From positions 1 to 64,000 of the forward strand of contig CAXXSM010000105.1 in assembly GCA_963663405.2 (NCBI GenBank): 64,000 nt of DNA, in the 5' to 3' direction. The position numbers were made by a program, and so were the translations under genes. Below, in pieces: positions 22,004 through 31,639 of this stretch. The stretch's first letter is position 1; the number at the start of each line of letters is the position of its first letter. Origin of the DNA: a bacterium (GTDB taxonomy: Bacteria; Hinthialibacterota; Hinthialibacteria; Hinthialibacterales; Hinthialibacteraceae). The notes beneath the pieces were generated by a model. It saw only the letters and a list, made by a program, of their open reading frames with translations, made no database searches and was not told where the DNA came from.

Positions 22004-23131
22004 TTGGAAAGAATCGAGTTCAGTATTTACGATCCCATCGATCCGGACTGCGAAGAGGCCCCAGGCCAAATCCGCTGGAGGCGCCGAATGCCAAAAAAGA
22101 AATCGATCTGGAAGCGGGAAACTCCCTGCTTGGTCTGTGAAACCACGATGTTCAATTATCAATTCATGGCCAAGAGTCAGTCCATTCAATATGATGAATG
22201 GCTGGTTTCCCATACGGAACCGATCGGATCGTATGAGGATTATCCCGATGTATTAAAAACAACGATCTGTCCCAACTGTCTGCTCGCCTCAAATGAATAC
22301 AGTTTTGGAGTGGATAGTTATAAATATTTCAACCGCAGTCTGACGCGAAACGATCAAATTAAAGAATTTTTCGAGAACACAATCAACGAGAGATTCAACG
22401 TTCTCGCTCATATGTACGGAACCCTGGAAAAACAGAGCGCCTCCTTGGATGTGCAAAATAAACTTCCCGCCAATACGCGTTGCCGGGCCACGCTGGAAAA
22501 AATCTGGAGCGCAAAAGACAAATACGGCGTTCCCTTTTTCACGATGATGTTTCAAGAGCCGAGGGATTCTGTGACAGCGCTCGTTTGTTTCGCTGTGGAC
22601 CGGTATTGCCAGATGGTGCGAATCGCCTATCAGAATGATATCGAACCGTCCAATTGGAACAACGATTTTTTGTGGAATGCGATTGAGGCTCATTTCGGCG
22701 AGAACGCTTCCGATATGAAGTCCCCGGATCCCCGTTTCTACTTTATCGGTGTAAATTACCTGCAGTGCATTCAATTTCTCGAACAACTAAAGGAAACGCT
22801 TTCGATCGATGAAGATGGAACCATTGATGGTTTAATTAATACGTATTGGGATCAAGCCTATGCGGCGATGCAATACAGTTTCCGTAATGATGATATCACA
22901 GCCATTCCCTGCGAACTCAAGGATGGCGGAATGAATTTCTTAATGGCGAAATTGCATTTCCGATTTGGTAATGAAGAGGAAGGGAAAAAGTGCCTTCGTT
23001 TCGCGAAGAATTACGCGGATAATCGATTGAAGAGGATATCCAACCGGAACCAGCAGAATTTCGTCAATGATGTAGACGATCTTTTCAAACTAAAATTTGA
23101 GAATGCGGACGAGAAAAAACAAACCGGGTAG
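22004..23131 (+). CDS. Zn-ribbon protein (DUF2225-like)
   Basis: CLVC...CPNC pair and a helical C-terminus; start position uncertain. Confidence 0.6.
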   Translation: MERIEFSIYDPIDPDCEEAPGQIRWRRRMPKKKSIWKRETPCLVCETTMFNYQFMAKSQSIQYDEWLVSHTEPIGSYEDYPDVLKTTICPNCLLASNEYSFGVDSYKYFNRSLTRNDQIKEFFENTINERFNVLAHMYGTLEKQSASLDVQNKLPANTRCRATLEKIWSAKDKYGVPFFTMMFQEPRDSVTALVCFAVDRYCQMVRIAYQNDIEPSNWNNDFLWNAIEAHFGENASDMKSPDPRFYFIGVNYLQCIQFLEQLKETLSIDEDGTIDGLINTYWDQAYAAMQYSFRNDDITAIPCELKDGGMNFLMAKLHFRFGNEEEGKKCLRFAKNYADNRLKRISNRNQQNFVNDVDDLFKLKFENADEKKQTG

Positions 23132-23179
23132 TGCATTCTCTCTTAACCGTTGTTTCATTCCATCTCAGACGTCTAGAAA

Positions 23180-23204
23180 GGGCAGGCGCCAGGTCTGCCC
23201 CTAC
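23180..23204 (-). repeat. GTAG-type REP-like palindrome
   Basis: Minus strand reads GTAG-GGGCAG-acctggcgc-CTGCCC. Confidence 0.55.
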
Positions 23205-23333
23205 AACATTTACTCTTCCAGCAGTTGAATATAACACTGTTCACAGCGCAATAAGGATAAACGAATCCCCGTTTGGGGGATAGAATCCAATTTTGTACTT
23301 TATTCTTTTAAGATTTGTATAGGAGCCTTCTCA

Positions 23334-23891
23334 ATGAAGCGTCATGAAACCATCCTCCGCCGGGAAGACAGTCTTCTGATTGTGATTGACTATCAGGAGA
23401 GACTCGTTAATGTGATGAAGCAGCGGGAAACCGTAACGCCGGAGATTCTCCGCCTAATTCAAGGCGCGAAAATTTTGAACGCGCCAATCCTGGTGACGGA
23501 ACAATATCCCAAAGGATTGGGGCCGACCACGCCGGAGATCGCGAACGAACTGGACGCAGGTTCTACAATCGAGAAACTGACCTTCAGCTGCTGCGGGGAA
23601 GAATCATTTGGAGAACGTCTCAAAGATTTCGGACGCAATCAACTCATTATAACCGGAATTGAAACCCATGTCTGTGTTCTGCAAACCGTACTCGATCTTC
23701 TTGCGAATGATTATCAGGTTCACGTGCCCATCCATTCGACCTGCTCGCGCGATGACCGGAACCGGGATATCGCGCTTTCGCAGATGAAGCAGGCGGGAGC
23801 GATCTTGACAAATACGGAATCTGTTTTATTTCAATGGCTTGTGAAAGCGGGCGGCGCTGAATTTAAAGCGATTCAAAAATTGATTATATAA
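23334..23891 (+). CDS. Isochorismatase family hydrolase
   Basis: IDYQERL, TEQYPKGLGPT and GIETHVCVLQT motifs. Confidence 0.92.
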   Translation: MKRHETILRREDSLLIVIDYQERLVNVMKQRETVTPEILRLIQGAKILNAPILVTEQYPKGLGPTTPEIANELDAGSTIEKLTFSCCGEESFGERLKDFGRNQLIITGIETHVCVLQTVLDLLANDYQVHVPIHSTCSRDDRNRDIALSQMKQAGAILTNTESVLFQWLVKAGGAEFKAIQKLII

Positions 23892-23903
23892 AGGATCTCA
23901 TTC

Positions 23904-24968
23904 ATGACAAGCATACTTGATGACCGTAATTTATTGGACAGACTTGACCCCCAAGGTATGATGACATTGGTGGAGGGATTTCGCGAGCAGTGCGCTCAAG
24001 CTGAAATCCTTGCCCGTGAATTTGCCCTGCCTGAAATCAAAGGGATTCATCACGCTGTGATTTGTGGGATGGGTGGATCTGCGATTGGGGGCGATCTTCT
24101 TCGCGCATACGCCGCGAATGACGCGCGGATTCCCATTGAGGTTCTCCGGAATTATACCTTACCCAATTCCGTTAATGAAAACACCATCATCATCGCATGT
24201 TCGAATTCGGGGAACACGGAAGAAACTCTGTCAGCGTATGAAGAGGCAAAACGCCGTTCGGCGCGGATTCTCGCCATAACCACCGGGGGTGAACTTGCGG
24301 ATCGATGCAAGCGGGATGGAAATCCGTGTCTGGCTATTCCAGGGGGGATCTCCCCCCGCGCGGCGCTGGGATATTCTTTCCTGCCACTGCTGGTTCTCTT
24401 TGAACGGCTGGGATTGATTAGCTCGCAACACGACGCGATTCAATCCATGTACAGCGCTTTGACTGATTCCGTTGAAGCGCATGGCCATGCGGTTCCCGAA
24501 GCGGATAATCCCGCGATACAGCTTGCGCGGACGCTTCAGGGCTCTATCCCTGTTGTCTACGCTGGCATCGACGCCTTTGCGCCCGTCGCGGTCCGCTGGC
24601 GGTGTCAATTCAATGAAAACGCGAAGCATTTCGCGCATGATTCCGTTCTGCCGGAGATGAATCACAATGAAATACTCGGTTGGAAGAATCCTGAGCTTCC
24701 TTTAAACGCGTTCCATGCGATTTTTCTTTTCGACGATGGGTATCATCCACAGACAAAGAAACGTTTCAACGCAATGAAGAGCATCATTGAACCGTATGCG
24801 AATGGGATTACGGAAGTTCATTCGAAAGGAACGGGACTCTTGGCCCGTATGTTCTACACGATCAGTTTCGGGGATTTTGCCAGCGTTTACCTCGCTTATT
24901 TAAACCAGGAAGATCCAACTCCGATCCCCGCGATCGATCTATTGAAGAGAGAAATGGCGGAGCGTTGA
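23904..24968 (+). CDS. Bifunctional phosphoglucose/phosphomannose isomerase
   Basis: GMGGSAIGGD, SNSGNTEET, PRAALGY, QFNENAK and PEMNHNE motifs. Confidence 0.92.
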   Translation: MTSILDDRNLLDRLDPQGMMTLVEGFREQCAQAEILAREFALPEIKGIHHAVICGMGGSAIGGDLLRAYAANDARIPIEVLRNYTLPNSVNENTIIIACSNSGNTEETLSAYEEAKRRSARILAITTGGELADRCKRDGNPCLAIPGGISPRAALGYSFLPLLVLFERLGLISSQHDAIQSMYSALTDSVEAHGHAVPEADNPAIQLARTLQGSIPVVYAGIDAFAPVAVRWRCQFNENAKHFAHDSVLPEMNHNEILGWKNPELPLNAFHAIFLFDDGYHPQTKKRFNAMKSIIEPYANGITEVHSKGTGLLARMFYTISFGDFASVYLAYLNQEDPTPIPAIDLLKREMAER

Positions 24969-24994
24969 CACTGTAAAGTTAACACTGTAAAGTT
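24964..24994. repeat. 14-bp tandem duplication at the PGI/PMI stop codon
   Basis: gttgacactgtaaa-gttaacactgtaaa-gtt. Confidence 0.75.
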
Positions 24995-25129
24995 TAATCT
25001 AGTTAACATGAGTTAAATTCTCAAAAAGTACGTAATCGATCAGTCGATCTTTAAGTCATGGAGAAAAACGACCATAATCTGATTCTACAATCTTTTTTTA
25101 TACTACATTGATAAGCCAAGAGAAGGACT

Positions 25130-26131
25130 ATGAAGACGATATGCAGTTTTGTAACACTCATTGTTACTGTTTTTATGGTCTGTCAGTATCCCTCAGCCCA
25201 AGTAATCGCAGAACGCCAAGCCCAGTATCGAGACTACATTCCTGGCCAGCCAGTTCCTATCACGGTCACAATCGAAGGCACAGAATCCACTGAAATTACT
25301 GTAGTTGAAACCTTACCTGAGGGCTGGCTGGTGGGCGAAGTCAATCGTAATGTGACTGTGAGTGACAGTGTTATTACTTGGATTACCACAATCAAACCGC
25401 CAAGAGTTATAGAGCTAATCTACCACGCCTACCCACCGGAAACCGCTACGGGAGATGCGACGTTCTCGGGACAGATCAACGGCATTGTCATCAGCGGAAT
25501 ACAGACGTTACCGCAAGCCATGCTGAAACCGATTGGGATTTTCCAAGACCATAGAGATATGTGGTATTCGGGTACACCTGGCGATGCAGGCTATGAGAAT
25601 GGGCAATACTGGATTTCAGGGCGTTACATACCCCCTTTCGATCCTGCAAACAGATTTGGATATCACTTTGTTTATTCTGAAGTAAAAGGTAATTTCATAC
25701 TTAAGGCCCGAACTTCTATAAAACACAGTAGCCCAGATCCGAAGGTATATGGAGCACTCTGGGCAGTCAACAGTTTTGAGCCAGAAGCAGTGTACTACGT
25801 TTTTTTTATAGAAACAGAAACGAATGGTGAGGGATTTGCTAAAGCGATTTGGCGCGATAGTTTGGGTGGTTACTTCACTTTCTCTGCTGAAGTCCTCGAT
25901 AGTGAGTATGATTACTTGGAACTCGTCCGCGATGATCAGACCTTCAGCACATATTATTACGAATTGGGAATAGGAAAGCGGGTACATCTACATTCCAAGG
26001 AAATGCCAAACATGGATTATTCAATCCTAGTCGGACTCATTTTTAGCTCAACAGATGAGGATTCGAGAGGATATTATAGCGATGTAGAACTGATTACAGC
26101 TTCCTTGGTCAGTGAATGGGAACTTTACTAA
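25130..26131 (+). CDS. Secreted protein (Ig-like plus divergent ConA-like domain), VxxWxLY tail
   Basis: Signal peptide; VVETLPEGW and PIGIFQDH shared with 9242; ends SLVSEWELY. Confidence 0.85.
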   Translation: MKTICSFVTLIVTVFMVCQYPSAQVIAERQAQYRDYIPGQPVPITVTIEGTESTEITVVETLPEGWLVGEVNRNVTVSDSVITWITTIKPPRVIELIYHAYPPETATGDATFSGQINGIVISGIQTLPQAMLKPIGIFQDHRDMWYSGTPGDAGYENGQYWISGRYIPPFDPANRFGYHFVYSEVKGNFILKARTSIKHSSPDPKVYGALWAVNSFEPEAVYYVFFIETETNGEGFAKAIWRDSLGGYFTFSAEVLDSEYDYLELVRDDQTFSTYYYELGIGKRVHLHSKEMPNMDYSILVGLIFSSTDEDSRGYYSDVELITASLVSEWELY

Positions 26132-26348
26132 GGAGAAGGGAGAACGCAGTACCGTGCTCTCCGGCCACATCCTGGTATGCTCAGAACCATTTCACTTCCT
26201 CTCCCAAGAATAATGAGACTAAGAGTAACAGATATTAAACTACTAAAATTCCTAAGGCTGTTAACGTACCTATGTAGGATTTAATCCCTACACGTGTAGG
26301 ATTGATTCTCCTAATTCGGAATAAATCGAGAATTATGCCGATAGTTCA

Positions 26349-27647
26349 TTAATTGGACTTTCCATTTGAAATCCGGTTTGCCCAGAGAGCGCGGATTCGA
26401 TTGGCCAGCGGGTTTTCCGGATCGATTTTCAACGCCGTTTCAAGATGCTGAAGGGCTTTTTTGGCGTCGTGAAGTTCTAAGCAGCATTGCGCAATCATCG
26501 CATGCAGCGCCGCTTTATCCTCCCGAATAGGCAAGCATTGGTTTAAATTCTGGATCGCGTTTTCGTATTGATGACTCGCCATATTGATTTGCGCGAGATA
26601 GAAGGGGGCCTCTTTATTATCAGGGTCCAACACGAGCACGTGGCGCAACTCGTCCGCCGCAAGATTGCCCCGCCCTATTTCAAGATAGATCAGCGCCATG
26701 GAAAAATGCGTTTCAGCGGTATCGGGATGATGACGCAGGTAACTGCGGTAAAAATTGCGCTGGTTGCGGCCCATGCGGTTGATTCGATCCAGACTCTGTT
26801 TGGCCAGTGTGACTTTCTCTTTCTGTTTCTTGAACGCATAGATTTTGATTAATTGAAATAAAGCGTGTTGGTAAAAGGGATCTGTGTCGATGATCGTTTC
26901 GAAGATCTTTTGCGCTTCCTCGAATTTCCTGACGCGGAAAAGATATTTTCCATATTCATATTGGGCGCGGATATTATTCGGGTGATCTTTCAAGATGGCT
27001 TCGTATAGAGGTTCAGCGTCTTCGCCCCGCTGCTGAACCAGCAGGGCTTTTAAGACACGGGCGTGTTCGTGTTTCGGCAGACGGTCAACGATGGATTCCG
27101 CCTCTTCGACTTCTCCCCGGATATGTAGAATGACCGCTTTGCGATAGAGCGCGTCCGCATTGGCCGGTTCGCGCTTAAGAATCTCCTCTAATTGTTCTAG
27201 AGCGGGAGGAAAGCGCTGGAGGCGGTAGTAAATAGAGACCATTTCCTGACGATAGCGGATGGAATCGGGCGCGAGCTGGATGGCGGTTTTCATTTCATCA
27301 ATCGCCCGGTTTGGATCCCGTTTTTGGCTTCCCATGATTTGGCCCAAAAGATAATGGGCGTAAGCGTTATCCGGATCGAGTTGAACGGCGGATTCGAGAA
27401 GGGAGATAGCTTTCTCGTAATAGCGGTGTTGTTGATAGAGTTGGGCCAGTTTGAGGGAAAGAGAGACATCGTTGGGCTGGTTCTGGATCGCCTCCAGCAG
27501 GCTCTTCTCTTGTTGGGAGAATTGGGGATCTTGAATGACCGGTTCCGCGTCAAATTCGATGTCCACTCCGGCGTTCCCGGATTGCTGGGCGTAGACAACC
27601 GGATTCATAATTAGAATCAATAGGAATACGAACAATCGTTTATTCAT
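26349..27647 (-). CDS. Secreted TPR protein
   Basis: Signal peptide and many TPR repeats; overlaps the upstream CRTAC1 gene. Confidence 0.88.
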   Translation of the reverse strand: MNKRLFVFLLILIMNPVVYAQQSGNAGVDIEFDAEPVIQDPQFSQQEKSLLEAIQNQPNDVSLSLKLAQLYQQHRYYEKAISLLESAVQLDPDNAYAHYLLGQIMGSQKRDPNRAIDEMKTAIQLAPDSIRYRQEMVSIYYRLQRFPPALEQLEEILKREPANADALYRKAVILHIRGEVEEAESIVDRLPKHEHARVLKALLVQQRGEDAEPLYEAILKDHPNNIRAQYEYGKYLFRVRKFEEAQKIFETIIDTDPFYQHALFQLIKIYAFKKQKEKVTLAKQSLDRINRMGRNQRNFYRSYLRHHPDTAETHFSMALIYLEIGRGNLAADELRHVLVLDPDNKEAPFYLAQINMASHQYENAIQNLNQCLPIREDKAALHAMIAQCCLELHDAKKALQHLETALKIDPENPLANRIRALWANRISNGKSN

Positions 27648-29325
27648 CTTCTTGGATCACTATTCGTTGATTGGCTTTTATATTTTGATGTTTCGTGATT
27701 TTTCCCGACGGCCATTCGATCTCGATGAGATCCGCTTGTTCTTGTTTCCCCAATCCGAAATGAACAATCGTACTGTCTTGGGAGAGGAAACTGGAACCGC
27801 TGAAGATTCCCTTGGCCATGCGAATTTTACCAGCGGTTAATTTTACTTTGGCGCCGACCGCCTGCCGGTTGGAAGAAGAGCCGGTTAAAACGATTTGCAG
27901 CCAATGGTTCTTGTTTCCTCCATCGTTCCGGAGCACACGGGGATGACTGCTTAGGTTATTCAAAACTAAATCGATGTCGCCGTCATTGTCCAAGTCTCCC
28001 TGCGCGCATCCACGGCCAATGTTTAACTTGTAGAAATCAGATCCCAAGCCTTGTTCAACTAAAGCGAATCTGTTGTTCCCGATGTTTTCAAACAGCAGCG
28101 GCGGTTGGGCGAACGCGGTATCCAGTTCTGGGTGATCCGCTTCCGGGTAGACATGTCCTGTACAGTAAAAGAGATCCTCATCACCATCGTTGTCCACGTC
28201 GATCCATTCCACACCCCAGCCAAGGGGGGTGTAGGTTTTATTGCCGACCGTGCTTGTGTAGGTGATATCTTGAAATGTCCCATCTCCGTTTCCGAGCAGG
28301 ACTGTAAACGGCTCTTCGGAGAAATTCGTGACGGAGATATCCCATTCGAAATCTCCGTTTGGATCGCCATAGGCCGCCCCCATCGACGCCATCTCGGTTC
28401 CATCCTCGCTATAGGCGACGCCCGCCATTAGGCCGGTTTCTTCAAATGATTCGGCGCCGTGATTGAGCAAGAGATAGCTGGGCATGGAATCGTTGGACAT
28501 ATATATATCCGGATAGCGGTCCCGATTTACATCGCCCCAGAGGCACGTGAAGGTATATCCAGGTTCAACCTCGGACAGTTTTGTTTTCTCCGTCACGTTT
28601 TCGAACGTCCCGTCTCCCTTGTTACGAAAGAGGGACATTCCCTGGGCCACGTACGCCCTCGGGCCGGGATACACTAAAAAGCCGCGCCAATGGGCTTTAT
28701 GTTTCTCCCGCGGGCCTTCCAGGGAATCCAGATCTAAGTAGTCGCCGACGAGTAAATCAAGTTTTCCATCCAGATCATAATCTCCGAACGCCGCGCCGGT
28801 GCTTAATAAATCTGATTGGCAGCCGGTTTCTTTGATGACATCGGTGAAATGTCCGTGACCGTCATTTTGGTACATGCGGTTGGGGCCGTAATTCGTGACA
28901 TAGAGATCCACATCACCGTCGTTATCGTAATCCGCCGCCGCGCAGCCCAGCCCCCAGCCTTCATCGCCAACACCCGCTTGTTCCGTGATATCGGAGAATG
29001 TTCCATCATGGTTGTTCCGGTAGAGCCGGTTGATGGGCGGTGGATTCAGACGCTTTTCGAATGTGCTTCCACTGACGAAATAGATATCCAGCCAACCGTC
29101 TCCATCCGCGTCAAAGAGAGCGACGCCTCCGCCTTTCGCTTCCACGATGCAGGTTTTTTCTTTGGGGATCCCCGCGACGTGAAGGAAGTCGATCCCCGCT
29201 TGTTCCGTGATATCCACAAATTGGACGGCGCCCTTTGTTAGATCCGCCGAACATGGATGAAGAATGAAGAAAGCGCATAGAATATTCAAGAGAAAAAACA
29301 GGCGTTTACTATTCATAGCAATCAA
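27640..29325 (-). CDS. CRTAC1-family (FG-GAP plus ASPIC/UnbV) protein
   Basis: DxDGDGxLD repeats, GRGCAQGDLDNDGDID, and C-terminal HFGLG..IEWPSG. Confidence 0.92.
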   Translation of the reverse strand: MIAMNSKRLFFLLNILCAFFILHPCSADLTKGAVQFVDITEQAGIDFLHVAGIPKEKTCIVEAKGGGVALFDADGDGWLDIYFVSGSTFEKRLNPPPINRLYRNNHDGTFSDITEQAGVGDEGWGLGCAAADYDNDGDVDLYVTNYGPNRMYQNDGHGHFTDVIKETGCQSDLLSTGAAFGDYDLDGKLDLLVGDYLDLDSLEGPREKHKAHWRGFLVYPGPRAYVAQGMSLFRNKGDGTFENVTEKTKLSEVEPGYTFTCLWGDVNRDRYPDIYMSNDSMPSYLLLNHGAESFEETGLMAGVAYSEDGTEMASMGAAYGDPNGDFEWDISVTNFSEEPFTVLLGNGDGTFQDITYTSTVGNKTYTPLGWGVEWIDVDNDGDEDLFYCTGHVYPEADHPELDTAFAQPPLLFENIGNNRFALVEQGLGSDFYKLNIGRGCAQGDLDNDGDIDLVLNNLSSHPRVLRNDGGNKNHWLQIVLTGSSSNRQAVGAKVKLTAGKIRMAKGIFSGSSFLSQDSTIVHFGLGKQEQADLIEIEWPSGKITKHQNIKANQRIVIQEDE

Positions 29326-29412
29326 TAAAGTATCCTAACGGTTACGAACGTTTAAAACGCGAATGTATTTCAACGAACCATAAATCGATCTGATTGAGAT
29401 GTCAATATTTCT

Positions 29413-30426
29413 TCATTTATCGCATAGAATCCATTCGGGTCCAGCCAAGCTGCACGCTTCACGTAAGCTGGGGGATGGATTCAGCTGCAGTTGGATTGTT
29501 TTTGCCAGCGATGCGGCGAGCCAGCGTTTTTCGTCTGTTGGTTCTCCCAGTGAATCGAGGATTTCTTTAACGACATCGGTTATTTCCAGCTGCCCAGAGA
29601 AATTGTTCAACGTTGCGGTGATCCGATTGCAGCGATCTTGGCCGGGGACTAGAGTTATGTTCCTGCCGCAAGCGGTGAATGGCTTTTCTGGACGCAGCCG
29701 CCCACCGATCGCGTCGAGAACGAGTTGAAGGTTTCCTACGAAGTTCCAATGGCAGGGCCATAGCATGTCGATCGCTAATGCCAGCGATAATTTGGCTTCC
29801 AGCCCGTGATCGGTGTCATGGATGATCGTCCGGCTTGTGGTCAGCCAGAAATCCTCATGGTCTTTGTAACATGCGGGGCAATCGCTCAGGTACGCGGATT
29901 CATACTCCCCTCCGCTAAGGAGGAGCCAATTGTATTTTGTCTCTGGATTGTCGTCAAATTTTGGCCATTGGATCAGGCTGCGGATTCGTTCGATCACTCT
30001 TTGAACTTGCCACTCCTTCAAGGGGGAACGCTCTCCCAAACCGGAAAATAATTGCGCCGCTGGGACCTTTCCGACGCATGATTCAGGCGCAAAATTGACT
30101 TTTCCATCGATCCATTGGGAGAGCGCGTTACAAGCGTCCTGCCAAATCCCCTCGACGGGATGAAATTGACTATCGGGGCGGGTACCCAATCCCTTCGCCG
30201 TCTTGCCTGTGGCGATCGCCTCGAGGATATTATTGACCCATCGAGACGCTTTATGGTGACAGAGTTCAAGACTCGAGATGAGTTCCCGGATTTTCGCCGT
30301 TGAAGAACTGATAGGGGCGATTTCGTCTTCCATTCGATCGATGCGGCGGATCTCGTCATCGGCTTCAATCGCGCAATTGCGCCACCAGGATTTCGGGGAT
30401 ACGTTCCTATCTGTTATTTCTGTCAT
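29413..30426 (-). CDS. Hypothetical protein
   Basis: 337-aa ORF with SD ggagg; no recognised domain. Confidence 0.7.
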   Translation of the reverse strand: MTEITDRNVSPKSWWRNCAIEADDEIRRIDRMEDEIAPISSSTAKIRELISSLELCHHKASRWVNNILEAIATGKTAKGLGTRPDSQFHPVEGIWQDACNALSQWIDGKVNFAPESCVGKVPAAQLFSGLGERSPLKEWQVQRVIERIRSLIQWPKFDDNPETKYNWLLLSGGEYESAYLSDCPACYKDHEDFWLTTSRTIIHDTDHGLEAKLSLALAIDMLWPCHWNFVGNLQLVLDAIGGRLRPEKPFTACGRNITLVPGQDRCNRITATLNNFSGQLEITDVVKEILDSLGEPTDEKRWLAASLAKTIQLQLNPSPSLREACSLAGPEWILCDK

Positions 30427-30658
30427 CAGAGCGCCTCCGGGAGGTTTAACAAATTGACAGCTGATCAGTAACGACCGCAGGTTATTCTATGTGTATCGTA
30501 TCATGATTCGCGTTTTATAATTACAGAACAGTAAAAATCAGGCTATGGCAATGATAGGTCTACAAGAAAATTTTCCCATAAATCAAACAATTTGCATGTA
30601 CAATATTAAAAGAATCCTTTCTAAAACATTATCAAAATGAATTGAAGGAGGGCTGATC

Positions 30659-31381
30659 ATGGAAAAGGTTCATCAAATAGTCAATCGGCAAGTCCAACGT
30701 TGGAATTTGGAGCGCGCCGCGTTTGAAAACGTATCGAGAAATGAATCATCCACGATCCACATGCCCGAAACAAAACCTATCGTTACTATCTCCCGCCAGC
30801 GGGGATGCCGGGGCCCAGAATTGGTGAAACTGCTGGCTCACAAACTCCATTACGGTTTTTTTGACCGCAACATAGTCGATTACATTGCGCAAAACGCGGG
30901 TGTGCGCCGGGAACTGGTCGAATCGCTTGATGAGCGCGAGCGGTCCGAATTGGAGATCTGGGTGGAAAGTATTCTCCGGGAACGCATTTTTGACCGCAAT
31001 GATTACATCCGCGCCTTAAGCGAAGTGTTTAAAACGGCTTTTCTGCAAGGGGGGATTATCATCCTGGGCCGGGGCGCCAATTTCCTTCTTCGGAATCTTC
31101 CCGCTTTACATGTGCGTATCGTCGCTTCCGAAGAAGCCCGCATCCGGAACATGCTGGAATTGGAAGGGATGAGCGCGAATCAGGCCCGTGATGAAATAAA
31201 AACCGTCGATTACGAACGCGCGCAATTCGTGCGCCGTTATTTCAAAAAAGACATTGAAGATCCCCTCGCTTACGATCTAATTATCAACATGGGAACCAAC
31301 ACGATCGACGCCGCCGTTGAGATCATCCTGACCGCTTTGCGAAAACGGGAATGGATCTCTACGTTAAAAAAAAATAGCTAA
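30659..31381 (+). CDS. Cytidylate-kinase-like family protein
   Basis: IVTISRQRGCRG, IILGRGANFLL and YDLIIN motifs. Confidence 0.85.
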   Translation: MEKVHQIVNRQVQRWNLERAAFENVSRNESSTIHMPETKPIVTISRQRGCRGPELVKLLAHKLHYGFFDRNIVDYIAQNAGVRRELVESLDERERSELEIWVESILRERIFDRNDYIRALSEVFKTAFLQGGIIILGRGANFLLRNLPALHVRIVASEEARIRNMLELEGMSANQARDEIKTVDYERAQFVRRYFKKDIEDPLAYDLIINMGTNTIDAAVEIILTALRKREWISTLKKNS

Positions 31382-31413
31382 AAAAACAGCCGAAACATAC
31401 CCTATAATTTTCG

Positions 31414-31507
31414 TATAAACCAGCATGATTGAGATCACAACCTACAGATGAAAATGAGTTGTGAGAGTGATTGCGTACGAGCAAATCTTGGAAATTCATT
31501 TTCATAT
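31414..31507 (+). repeat. ~92-bp dispersed palindromic repeat, full copy
   Basis: tataaaccagcatgattgagatcacaacc...atgaaaatgagtt/aattcattttcat. Confidence 0.88.
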
Positions 31508-31639
31508 ATTTTCATATAAAAGTAATATAAATTAGCCGAATTATATCTTTCTACGATTAAATTGCATAACAGGCGTTAAACGATTATTTCATATCACTTC
31601 AACTTTTGACCAATCTAAGTAATAAGGAGAGAAACAATA

